Shown here: piece after piece, positions 25,616 to 38,215 of the stretch
Layout of the letters: the number at the start of each line of letters is the position of its first letter
Numbering within the stretch: the stretch's first letter is position 1
Assembly (NCBI GenBank): GCA_951406725.2
Contig: OX597819.1
Span: 105,648,001-105,712,000, forward strand
Length of the DNA stretch: 64,000 nt
Reading direction: 5' to 3'
From: Octopus vulgaris
Lineage: Eukaryota
Program-made: the position numbers and the translations under genes
The notes under the pieces: model-generated
The model's input: the letters and a program-made list of their open reading frames with translations, nothing else
What the model was told of the DNA's origin: nothing
Database searches by the model: none

Positions 25616-28479
25616 TTGATCATTACTGCTAGAAGAATGGAGAAAATACTGATCAATTCATCAATGAAGGATGTACCTATCCCTACCAAAGACCATTACA
25701 CTAAAGAACTAATTTATAGAATGAATGAATTCATCCATAGGATCAGATGGAGGATTTTCCACCATGAGAACTATAATAATAAAATAAACCAACAACACAC
25801 TGGGGAAACGATCCGTAATGGAATTGGAAGCACCTATGAAGAAATATTAAAACTAACAGGCACTACATTTAAATCTAGAAAGTCTCCTCCACCAAATATA
25901 CATCTAGACAATTTTGAACAAGAACTATGGGAGACTGTAAAAAACATAAAATTTAGAAATCATCCTTTAAGATATAACCCGCACCAAAGAGAATTGAAAG
26001 ACTTAATTAGAACTCTCAAAGGTAAGAGCGGCATTCTAACACATTCTGACAAAACCAACAACATCTACAACATGGACATTACTGCATATCATGATCTTCT
26101 ACACAAGGAAATAACCAAGAAATACAAAGTAGTACCTTCTAGTACACTTAGAAAACTGAACCTGGAGATCAGAGAAATCATATTTGACTACTACCTAGAA
26201 GAAAAAACGGAACCCTACACCCCATCCAGACCGAGAATTACACTAAAGGATCATAAAGAGAATTTTCTTGGAAACACACAGGTCAGATTAATTTGCCCCA
26301 CTAAATCTGACTTAGGCAGACTAAGTAAACTCATTCTAGATAAATATCTACCCACCATCCGCAATAAAATCAAACTAAACCTTTGGAAGAATACTCAGGG
26401 TGCTTTGGATTGGTTTTCTACCATTAAGGTCTGTGACAGTAACAACTTTAGCTATAATAGAAATAAATTTATACAATTCGATATACAGAATTATTACACT
26501 TCAATTAACCCTATTATATTAAATAAGTCCTTAATTTTTGCTAGAAAACACACTAAATTAAGTATGGGGGAGATTAAGGTTATACTAACAGCCAGGAAAA
26601 CTTTAATAGAGTTTGATAATAAACTTTGGGCTAGAAAGGACACACCCAACTTGTTCGATATCACAATGGGATCGCCGGACTCAGCGGAGGTGACTGATCT
26701 AGTTGGGATGTATCTATTAGATAACTTTAGTAGGGAATTCCCTGAATTAAAAGGTGGATTATACAGGGATGACGCCTTATTTTGTGTTAGGAATACATCA
26801 AATAGGAGATTAGATCTTCTGAAAAAAAGAATAAATAAATTTTTTAAAAGCTTCGGCCTATCCATTATCATTGAAAGTGAAAATTATTCTGCTAATTATT
26901 TAGATGTTAATTGTAACATTACTAATGGTTTACATGAACCCTATATTAAACCTAATTCTAACCTAATATACATTAACCGTTCTAGTAATCACCCCCCCAA
27001 ATTAAAAATGCACTAGTGCGTAGCATTAGTCAGAGAATTTCTAGTTTATCCTCAAACGAGGAAATTTTTAACAAACACTGTGATAGATACAATGCAGCAT
27101 TACTTAAGGCAGGATATAAAAGTAAGATTTGGTTTATACCTAAGGGGAACCCCCTAATGGAGGTAGAACTATCAGGAACAACACAAATAGATTTAGGATA
27201 ATCAACAATATACATAAGAATAGTAAAAATAGAATATATGATAACACCTATAATAAATGTAGAAGTGACGTTAACCTTGGAAAGGTGAACGGTAGCTCAA
27301 ATAGATCTAAGCATACGGGTAATAGTAGTAATATTAATAATAATATACGAATTAAAACTTATGGTAGACATGATAATGGTAAAGTTTACTTGCGCAATAA
27401 CCATGGTAATATTGATATAGATAGATATAATAATAACAGTGGTAAGAATAGTAATCCTATGAGTTGGTCTACGAATAGGATTTTCACAAATAACATTAAT
27501 TCTATAGGCAATCCTAATTCTGATAAGGATACTCTTTGGTTGATTATCCCGTATGCAATGCAGATTAAAACAAACATAGTGAGAGCTTTGCATAATGTTA
27601 TTTTTAGGCATTTTGGTAAGGATAGGAATAAATTTAGTCCTTTAATTAACAACGGTACTGTTAGAGTGGGATATAGCATTACTCATAATCTAGCCACCAT
27701 TATCTCCTCTTTTAATAACAAGAAACTGGATCACTTCTATAAGGATAGAAAATTGAATTTAGACCAGGATAACTTGCCCCTCTTCATTAATAATAGGAAT
27801 AGAAATTTTCTTGGAACAAATGGGAACAACCTCCTTACTAATAATGAGTGCACCATACCTGTCAGAGATAATATAAATGTAATAGATCATACTACTACTA
27901 CCAATACTAGTACTAGTGATAGGAAATATAGCCGATAATGTGAAATTAACTCATTCGTTGATTTTGGGTTTGGATGATGATAACAATTGTAACACTTATA
28001 ATGTGAATAGTAGTATAGGGGTGGTGTCCAATCTTAGATTTCCTCATTCTGTTAATCTTTGTAATTGCAGAAATAAAAATAAATGTGTATTTGGTAATCA
28101 ATGCCTCAGGAAGGAGGTAGTTTACCAATGCACTGTAGATACACAATTGAGTAGTAGGGTGTATATCGGTGCAACTATGAATAGCATAAAACAAAGATGG
28201 AATTATCACAGATATACTTTTAGGAATAAAAATAGAATGTACTCTACAGGGCTAAGTGCATACATTTGGGAACTTAAAAGTAAGAACTTAGATTTTAGAT
28301 TAAACTGGAAAATACTAACTTCAGCACCTGTGTATAATGGAAAAAATAAAAAATGCTCTCTATGTATTAATGAAATTTTCTTCATTATTAAAGCGGGTCG
28401 GCAAATTATTAACAACATTAATGAGAAAAACTTCTTTTGTATTCATAGGCTACCGTTCACCTTTTCTAGATTCAAATAG
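25616..28479 (+). CDS. PLE reverse transcriptase plus GIY-YIG endonuclease polyprotein (~950 aa), split by three frameshifts
   Basis: SDKTNN, QFDIQNYYTSI, TMGSPDSAEVTDL, GLYRDDAL, NYLDV and YINRSSNHP. These are followed by CNC..C....CL, VVY..YIG, CSLC..E and N..E....CIH. First ATG is at 25637. Frameshifts are at ~26995, ~27152 and 27921. Confidence 0.92.
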
Positions 28480-28904
28480 AACTTAGCACTTCCACTATTA
28501 TTAATTTTTTAATTCCCTTCTTTAACTAAATATACCTGTGGTCCTCTATAATTCTAAAGTATACAATTTATAAATTTCATAATTTTATAATTTTTATAGC
28601 TACATTTGTATAATAATTAATGGATGTGTCTAGTATTATTGGTTTCTTGATTTTTGTATGTGGGTTTTTGTTTGTTTTTTTAAGAGAAATGCAATATGAC
28701 ATAAAATAGCATATTCATTTTGGTATTTGCCTTGTAATGTGTGATTTTTGAAGTTTTCCAATATTGCATAGTATATTGCATAGTATATATGTATATCTTG
28801 GTTAGATACCTAGCTCTAGATAATGTAATGATATTGTATAATATGTAATATATGAGAGCCTTTTGTGAGTTTGGTGGGTTTAGGTTGAGATTATAGGTTT
28901 TTTG

Positions 28905-30226
28905 TATGTGTTTATTTGGAAGGTTTTTATTATATATTTGGTCTTTTTGTACTCACCTTAATTTGTATCTTATGCTATTCACTGATAAACCTTTTTCATT
29001 TTTCTTTTTTTCATTTTCTCATTTACATGCATTTTGCTTTATAATTATTACCAGCCTCATATATTTAGTTTATATCTATAGTCCTCTGGATCTGTACTTT
29101 AAACTATCCTTCCATACATATTTACTTTCAACAATATAAAATATATATAAAATATATATATTCACTTTATTTATTTTTATTTATTTCCCATTTTATTGTA
29201 ATATTATCAATCTTTGCATCTAGTCTTCTATTCATTTATTTATTTGCCTATTTAAGTGTAGATGTTTACATACATATCAAGTCATCTAATTTGTTACCTA
29301 TTTATTTTTTACTTATTTACTTATACTGGTGTAGTTTTATACATACATATCTATCATTTATTTGTATTTAATTTTAATAATATATGAATACATATATACT
29401 AGTTTGTACTTATAATTATGTGTATAACCGTATTTATTCCTTCGTATTTATTCCTTTTATTTATTTTATCTCTTTTCATCTTAAGTCTTTATAATATAAA
29501 ATTTATTTAAAATTTCTGTGATGTTCTCATAAGCGTTTACATTAATACTTCCCCTTCTATTCTTTAATGCCTAAACTGGTATATTATGGCACTATATTTA
29601 TTAAGTTAATAAGTGACTTATTTATAATATTTAAATTAATATATATTTTATATTTTATATTTTATAATTTAGCGTACTTAAAATCATAACAAACTTACGA
29701 TAAACCTAACAACCGTATGTTTACTCTGTAACAAACCGGTGTTATAAATTTTAAGTTACCCATGAAATAATTATCTGAATTAGTAACATACTGATATTTA
29801 AAAATATATTTATATCTAAATTAAATATTTTATAGAATGCATGGATGGTTCTTTTTTTGTTATTAAGGCTCAGTTATAATTTTGAAGGACTAAATATTAG
29901 CATAGTTGCTTCCCTTTTTTGTTTATCTAAGTGCTAGTTGTTGCTTGTAATTTTGTATGTGTATAAGTGTATGTATATACATATAACTATGTGTGTATGT
30001 GCGATTGATCTGTAGATGCGTGTGTGAATATTGGCGTTCCTTGACTAACCAACCGTATAATTTTCTTTTGTGATTTAAATTTCAAACCAATAGCCAATCG
30101 AATTAATCTAAATTTTCTTTACCTAGTGGTCAGCATTTCTTAACTCATAGTTATTTCGATCTTGAAAGGATGGACTTGGTGCTAACTTAACTGTATCTAT
30201 TTTTAGTATTTTTTTTATTATTATTA

Positions 30227-30273
<47 letters not shown>

Positions 30274-31094
30274 GTAATTTTTATTAACTTTTATAGCTTT
30301 AGAATTTTATGAACTGTACCACGGATTTAATTATTATTTTTCATCTCCATATGTGTTAGCCTTTTTTTATAAAAAAAACTATTAGCCAAATATGTATAAT
30401 ATCGGTACTTATTAATATTAATATATACACTGTTATATATTTTGTTTTATATTGTTCTGTTTACCTTCCTTTTTGTACAAATGTGTATTATATTATATAA
30501 GTGTAGCATTATGATGTATAAGTTTTTATATTTTACATTTTTATATTTTTATATTTATATGTATATGATTATATAATATTTTTCACTATTATAACAAATT
30601 TAATTTAATTCTCTGAAGAGGCCGTGGGGCATCCTTGTTAATGCCTCATTTATACCTGCCTTTATGGCTTATAGGTTAAATGAGGTATGACTGTCCTCAC
30701 TGCCGAAACAGCTGTCAGTTTTGATTTATTTGCATATTATATTTGAAATTTTTTACTTATATCTCTTTATCTTTTTACTTTTACTATTACTGTATATCTC
30801 ATTTCATTTTATATATTGCCTTTACTCATATGTAATGGTGTATTAAAGTATGGATTGAGTATCATCGGATAGTTGATGTTTTACTGATTTAAGTATGTTT
30901 CTCCATTCTCTAATTTTGTAGTATTAATTTACGGTAATATTATTACCTTTACCCATTTAATACAATAGATGAACTGATTGCTTGACAATTTTTAACATCT
31001 ATGTATTATTTTTGTTGGGTACCTATCTAGCAGTATATTGGATATATATTATCCCATGGTGGGTTGAATTTTCAACCCCTATCTCATTTTATAA
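28905..31094 (+). repeat. Downstream pseudo-LTR
   Basis: Direct repeat of 23318-25496 that ends ...tcattttataa into (TA)n. Confidence 0.95.
30602..30728 (+). ncRNA. Type I hammerhead with long stem II (3' pLTR)
   Basis: CTGAAGA at 30613, with GAAACAGCTGTC ending at 30716. It lies 5598 bp from the first copy. Confidence 0.8.
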
Positions 31095-31475
31095 TATATA
31101 TATATATATATACTCACACACATACATATATATATTTATACATATACACATACATAATACACATTCAATAATATTTTTTGCTAGTCTATTTTGTCCCTCT
31201 GTCTTATCTCATGGTACGATATGAACATTTTAACGTGGTTTTTAAAGTCACGGTTTTGACTGCTATTTCGGCATGGTGGTGTCTCTCAGACACCCTTATT
31301 TTTAGTTGTAAAAAAATTATTACCTTTGTACGGTATTTTCCCCATGCTGGCCAAATGATAATATCGATATTTAAATACCGATATTATCCTTATTTATAAA
31401 AAAATACATATACACATACATATATATTTTTATGTATATATGTATATAGTATATATATGTGTATATATATGTATG

Positions 31476-31566
<91 letters not shown>

Positions 31567-31903
31567 CAAGTCACACGAAGCAGCGTTGAAGAAGAAGAAA
31601 TTGTTTTCGGTATTTCTGTAAAGTCATACTGAACACGTTCGAGAACACTGGGATATGAAAAGACTTTTCCCTGCAGGAATAGCCTTGAGAGACAATTCTC
31701 CTTCAAGACGACTTGCTACAAAATACATTGGGCTTTAAACGACGTCCTTGGCTCGTAGGACCTATGCATTCTCAGCAGGGCAGAGTTATTAATCAATTTT
31801 ATGAATGTCAAAATTGCCTGAAACTTTGCTCGGGAGCAGACATGCAAACTTCAAGACAAGTGACTGAACCTTGAATCGACCAAGATAAAGATATTTTGTG
31901 ACG

Positions 31904-31961
<58 letters not shown>

Positions 31962-32096
31962 GAATGCTCCATCTTCAGGGTTAATTGCTCTCTCCATGTG
32001 CCTCCTCGTTGTCAATAGCATTTCTGACTTCTGTCCATGACTGCTCATATTGCTCATATGACCATTCAGTCCCGTTGCAATCTAAACGGTTTAAAA

Positions 32097-32812
32097 CAGG
32101 GATTCTCAACCATCTAAGGACACCTTTGATTATTATTTTATTCTAGTGGACCCCATATCTATTCAATGTTTAAAAACTAGCTTTATAGAAACTTCTTTCA
32201 AAATTCCTATTTTGTTTTTCATACATTAATTCGTGTAGGTTGAACTATGTAAATTGTTAGAGAAAGAAACCCAGATGTTTCTTGCAAAACATATCAATAT
32301 ATACATCTATACTCTTTTACTCATTTACTTGTTTCAGTCATTTGACTGCGGCCATGCTGGAGCACCGCCTTTGGTCGAGCAAATCGAGCCCAGGACTTAT
32401 TTTTGTAAGCCTAGTACTTATTCTATCGGTCTCTTTTGTCGAACCGTTAGGTCACGGGGACGTAAATACACCAACATCGGTTGTGACGCGATGTTGTACA
32501 TACACACACACACACACACATATATATGTAAATATATGTATGTATATACGACGGGCTTCTTTTAGTTTCCGTCTACCAAATCCATTCAGAAGGCTTTGGT
32601 CGGTCCGAGGCTATAGTAGAAGACACTTGCCCAAGGTGCCACGCAGTGGGACTGAACCCGGAACCATGTGGCTGGTAAACAAACTACTTACCACACAGTC
32701 ACTGAGCAAAATTTTTTCCGGCATCATCAAAATACTGTTGTGGATCCCTAATTTATTAATTTGTTGTGTAGACCCCCAAAAATCTTATATGGGCCCTGGT
32801 TGAGAACTACTA
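32097..32812. mobile_element. hAT (Charlie-like) non-autonomous element with a nested SINE
   Basis: TIRs cagggattctcaacc / ggttgagaactacta and an 8-bp TSD gtttaaaa / gtttaaag. Confidence 0.8.
32312..32703 (-). mobile_element. SINE family A nested in the hAT element
   Basis: Nearly full copy. Minus strand has a tRNA-like head, a gcaccttgggcaagtg segment and an internal (CA)n. Confidence 0.88.
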
Positions 32813-33505
32813 GTTTAAAGCATAGGTGACAGGCAAAATTGAAACTTACTGTGCGTTTCCAACTAGTAAGGTCTGCACACATCACCACTCTTCTATCGCT
32901 ATGGGACTTTTAATAGAAGAAATGACAAATGAGGTAATTATTATAAAGAAATCTGTACATCATTGGATTAGCACCTAGTGACAGAGCGAAGTGAGATGAC
33001 AAGTTATCACGTGAAACCACAGGTTTTGCATCAGTGTTCATCTCCAGAAGGATGCTGCGATAACAATAAGTCTCTCATTCCTGGTGGTTTTATTGTCCGC
33101 CATGACACAAACCCACCTCCACAAAGAATACTTTGTTGACTGCCTGACAACAGGGGATTCAGTGGATGAAGATGCTGCTCTTGCTGCTGAAAAAGGGGTG
33201 TCACCAAACTTTCTTGGTTGACTTGCATTTCTTGGCCTGTACAGCTAGCAAAAATAGATGCTCAGCTCAGACAAGTTAACCTATAAGCTGTCTGGAGCAC
33301 TTCATAAGTTTCTGTAGCGTTTTTATCAGTTTAACAAAAACATTTTTTGCATAGCGAGCTTCCAAATTATCTTCGCGTACCCACCATGTTTAGCGAACTA
33401 GTCAGCTCTAACAAGCAGGGTTTATCAGGCTATGTTGAAAGGGCTATTACAGCTATCTCCTTCAGTCTGGAATAACGAAAGTTGGCAGCGCAGCTAATTC
33501 GATGC

Positions 33506-33582
<77 letters not shown>

Positions 33583-33583
<1 letters not shown>

Positions 33584-34137
33584 GCCCTGATGCAGTACCA
33601 GGCAGTGGCTCTCATGGCTTCTGATCTTAACTGATTGGAAGTGTTATCATGTACATTGTTTTGTCTTGGTATAAAAGATGGGCTACAGCAAATATTCTGT
33701 TCAATACCACAGATTTGCTTGTCAGTTGTTTGACCATAACCAGTTGAGCATGTCCCTTAGTGGCTGACGATATGTGCATCTCTGATCACGAGCAGAAGTA
33801 GTGGGGGAGCATCATAGCCATGTGTTGAGAGGGATTCTTTGGGGTTTGAATAGTTCACCTCTGGAAACATGAGTGGTTCTTTCAACATCCTTAAACAACC
33901 CTTATTCAGGGACCGTTTGAGCAGGATGGGCTACTCAAAATGAAGAAAATTCTAACTGGGCCCCACCTGCAAGGTCATGTGCTGTTTATCTTGATATGAG
34001 ATCACCATGTCGCGCACATATGGTTGTGATGCATGTGCCTGGTGTACCTTTATCAGACGGGTAGTCATGATGGGTATATTGGGCTTCGTATATTTTACCC
34101 CAGTGTCACTTTGATGGCATGAACTGCTCTCTCACTC
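33583..34137 (+). mobile_element. 555-bp non-coding interspersed element (family D) in (AAT)n
   Basis: Matches three copies at 57015-58522. Both flanks are AAT repeats. Strand is inferred from the shared right end and variable left ends. Confidence 0.85.
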
Positions 34138-34181
<44 letters not shown>

Positions 34182-34306
34182 TAATAATAATGATAATAAT
34201 AATAATAATAATAATGATATTAATAATGATAATAATGATAATAATAGTAACAATAATAAAAATAATGATAATAATAATGATAATGATGATGATGATGATG
34301 ATGATA

Positions 34307-34341
<35 letters not shown>

Positions 34342-34437
34342 AATAATAATGATAATAATAATAATAATGATAATAATAATGATGATGATGATGATGATGA
34401 TGATGATAATAATAATAATAATAATAATATTAATAAT

Positions 34438-34513
<76 letters not shown>

Positions 34514-34514
34514 C

Positions 34515-34546
<32 letters not shown>

Positions 34547-34559
34547 ATGATGATAATAA

Positions 34560-34826
34560 TTGACGAATAAGCGTTCACCTTTTGCCGAGCAACCTGCACA
34601 AATGATTTTTTTATAGTGATCAAATATTCATACTGCACATTAGCTCACTCTCTTCATAAAATTGAGGGTATTTGAACAGGTGCACTGTGTACCACGTGTC
34701 AGGTATCGAAGTGATCGCAGAGCAACGTGGCTCAAGAACACAATGCACCATCTTGTCTAGAAATTGAACTCACGATCTAGTGATCATGAGTTCAACACTC
34801 TAACCACTAAGCCATGCGCCCTCACA
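34560..34826 (-). mobile_element. SINE with family C-like tRNA head
   Basis: Minus strand gagggcgcatggcttagtggttagagtg...gtgagttcaatttc (A/B boxes). Confidence 0.65.
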
Positions 34827-34879
34827 CACAACAACAACAACAACAAAAACAAAAACAACAACGATAATTTATAATAATT

Positions 34880-37265
34880 ATAATTATAAAATTAAGAAAC
34901 ATATTTCCTTGAGAAAAGATACTCAGTCAAAGAGAAAGGATCTGGGATAGTAATAGAAGAGTTGAAACAGAGTATAATAGCAGTAGCAGACAACCTCTTC
35001 AGATATTAGAAAATAATAGATCAGTATCAACAGAATAGATTATTTGAGACGGACCAAAGGAGATTTTATAACCAAATAAATAGTGGAGAACGAAGTACTG
35101 AAGATGAGAAACCGAATGCAGACGAAGCTAGAAAGTTCTGAGGTAATATTTGGGATAAGCCAGTCACACATAATGGGGATGCAGTATGGTTAAAGAAAGT
35201 GATGGAAGAAATAGTGAGCGAGAAGCAGCCAGATCTAAGACTAGCAGGTGCATTAAGGAGTAAAGTGTTAGGAAAATGCTGAATTGGAAAGGCCCAGGAC
35301 CAGATTTTGTTCAAGGGTACTGGCTAAAGAAATTTAATAGTTTACATGGGAGGCTGAGGGAACAGATTCAGGATTGCCTTAATAGAGGAATAATATCAAG
35401 CTGGATGATTAGAGGGAGAACAATACTCATTATGAAAGATAAAAGCAATGGTATTATAGCTAGCAACTATAGACCAATCACTTGCTTACCATTAGTGTTG
35501 AAGCTGTTAATAGGAATGCTTTCAGAAAGCATTTGTTAGTACATTGAAAACCAGAATTTACTGCCAGAAGAACAGAAAGGTTGCAGGAAGAAGGCTAGGG
35601 GAATGCATGATATATTGTATACAAACAAAGCAGTTCTAAAGACAAAGCAGTTATAAATGAAGTAAAAGCTAGAAAGAAAAATCTAACGATAACATGGATA
35701 GATAATAGGAAAGCCTATGACATGATTCCACACTCATCGATAAGTGAATGTTTGAGGATATTCGGTATAGCAGACAACATAAGAAAATTAATTAGCTTAG
35801 AAATGGAAAGTAGATTTCTTCTCAGGTGACACACTCTTAGAGATATGCTTTAATACAGACTGTAAGACTCTTCAGCAAAGATATAAGCGTGGAATTTGGC
35901 ATATATAGATGTGCAATATTAGTCATGAGAAGGGCACAGGTAGTCACCAGCGACGGCATCCAATTATCATACGGCTAGACATTAAAATCATTGAAAGGAG
36001 GAGAGAGTTATAAATATCTAGGAGTATTAGAATCTGACAGGATACTAACTATAGAAATGAAAACGAAAATCGAAGACTACATCAGAAATGAGGAAGCTAA
36101 TGAAGTCAAAGCTAAATGGTCCGAATCTAGTGAAGGTTGAAAATACTTGGGCAGCATCATTACTTAGATACTCAGCAGCTTTTGTAGATTGGACAAAAAC
36201 TGAGTTAGCAAAGCTAGACAGAAGGACTATGACGGAATTTAATACGAATGGAGGACTCCACTCAAGGATAGGAGTAGGAAGATTATACTTACCTAGAAAG
36301 GAAGGCAGAAGAGGGTTAATGTCAGTAGAAGACTGCGTTGAGTTGGCTAGAGTAGATATAGACTCCTATATAGACTCCTATGAAGAAGGTATATTAAAAG
36401 CTGCTAAAGTCACAGGAAGACATAAGGAAACGAAAATCCCAAACGAAGTTAAAAGCCAGAAAAAAGAACAGAAATTATCTGAATGGCTGGAGAAGGCGTT
36501 GCATAGTAGATTCCCAAAGATAGTTACAACAAATAGTAGTAGTGAGGCTATGGTTGCAGAAACGAAAGCTGGAAAGGGAGACAGATCAAGCGTTAAGGAC
36601 TAATTGGATAAAAGAGAAGATAGTAAAAACCAAGTAAATTCCCAATGTAAGTTATGCATATCAAAAGCGGAAAGCATTATTCATATAGTAAGTGAATGTA
36701 GCATGCTGGTACAGAACGAATACAAGAAAAAACATGACAACCTCAGGAGAGTAATCCACTGAGAGGAGTTATGTAGCAAACAAGGATTTGAACATACTAA
36801 TAAATCGTATGAACACGAACCTAGTAAAGTGCTAGAAAGGAAGAAATATGAGATGTGGGTCTTTAACATTCAGACTGACTAATAGAAGCTCGACGGCCTG
36901 ATTTAGTAGTAGTAGATAAAGAGAATAGTAAGTGCCAGATAATTCACATTACAGTTCCAAATGATGAAAAAAATCAATATGAAAGGTATATAAAGAATAA
37001 CAAAGCACCAGGACCTAGCCATTGAATTACAGAGAATATGGAAAGTATGGGTAAAATGCATCTCAGTAGTTATAGGTGCATTAGGAACTATCCCTAAAGA
37101 TTTGAACAGATGGATAGAGGAAATATGCATAAAACCCATCTCCAGAAAACAGTGTTATTAGGGACAGCTAGGATACTTAGGGTGGCTCTTGGCATCTAAG
37201 GTTACTTTTTGTAGCCCGATGTTAGGAATTTTTCTTTTCCAACTGTCTAATCTGTTGTGCGTATA
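34880..37265 (+). mobile_element. Decayed R4/Dong-clade non-LTR retrotransposon (RT, CCHC, restriction-like endonuclease)
   Basis: NWKGPGPD, NYRPITCL, EEQKGC, WID.RKAYDMIPH, YKYLG, RLYLPRKEGRRGL, CKLC...ESIIHIVSEC, KHD and RPDLVVVD. Many stops. Ends in (AAT/GAT)n. Confidence 0.88.
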
Positions 37266-37321
37266 TGAAAATGATAATGATAATAATGATGATGATGAAG
37301 ATGATGCTAATAATAATAATG

Positions 37322-37430
<109 letters not shown>

Positions 37431-37607
37431 TAATAATAATAATAATAATACGCGCACATTCATACGTACGTCACATGCGCGTGGTATTTGGTAGTCCTTG
37501 AATCATTTGAAGTGCCATAGTGTTTGGGCAATGCTTGAAATGTAAATGTTTACACCCTACCACACATATATATATTCACACATGCACGCACATATATATA
37601 CACATAC

Positions 37608-37647
<40 letters not shown>

Positions 37648-37759
37648 TCACACGCACGTACACACGCATGCACACATGCGCACATACGTACATACATACA
37701 CACACACTCACACACGTATGTACGCACGCACACGTGCACACAAGCTTATTTATATACTC

Positions 37760-38040
37760 ACAGGTCTCACTGGTGCCATATCCAGACGCACTGATGCCAC
37801 CAGTTTCCTGTCCAATTACACGGTCAAAGAAGCTCTCTTTTCTCATGGAACTGATGTCGCTTACCAAGTGATATAATCCATTGCGGCATCATGTGTTCAT
37901 CCCTGATCAATACAACCCATCTTTCGGCAGCCATCTTGGACGTCTTGTACCTCTCCGTTCATTCGGCTATTCCACGAACCTGAGGGGACAGGCTCCGTTA
38001 GAGGCATGGGAAATTTGAAGTAGCACGGAATCTGAATCAA
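37760..38040 (-). mobile_element. Possible RTE-type LINE 3' remnant
   Basis: Minus-strand RRGTRRPRWL and DRVI resemble the RTE C-terminal R.RGRP..RW...DR..W region. The match is weak. Confidence 0.35.
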
Positions 38041-38044
38041 ACTG

Positions 38045-38104
<60 letters not shown>

Positions 38105-38105
38105 G

Positions 38106-38215
<110 letters not shown>

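Larger units (their letters stand above)
19225..31094 (+). mobile_element. Penelope-like retroelement (Naiad-like): inverted truncated copy, pLTR, ORF, pLTR
   Basis: RT and GIY-YIG ORF. Direct repeats 23318-25496 / 28905-31094. Inverted copy 19225-23320. Three HHRs. (TA)n on both flanks. Confidence 0.95.

Noticed and set aside
25616-28479. Selenocysteine recoding as reported for some Naiad PLEs
   Set aside because: The conserved Cys positions are TGY codons and the interruptions are frameshifts, not in-frame TGA. The stop in the 54350 remnant is TAA.
33583-34137. HDV-like ribozyme in family D (gtcagtt/ggctgac as P1)
   Set aside because: P3, P1.1 GG and J4/2 could not be assigned. It looks like a simple hairpin.
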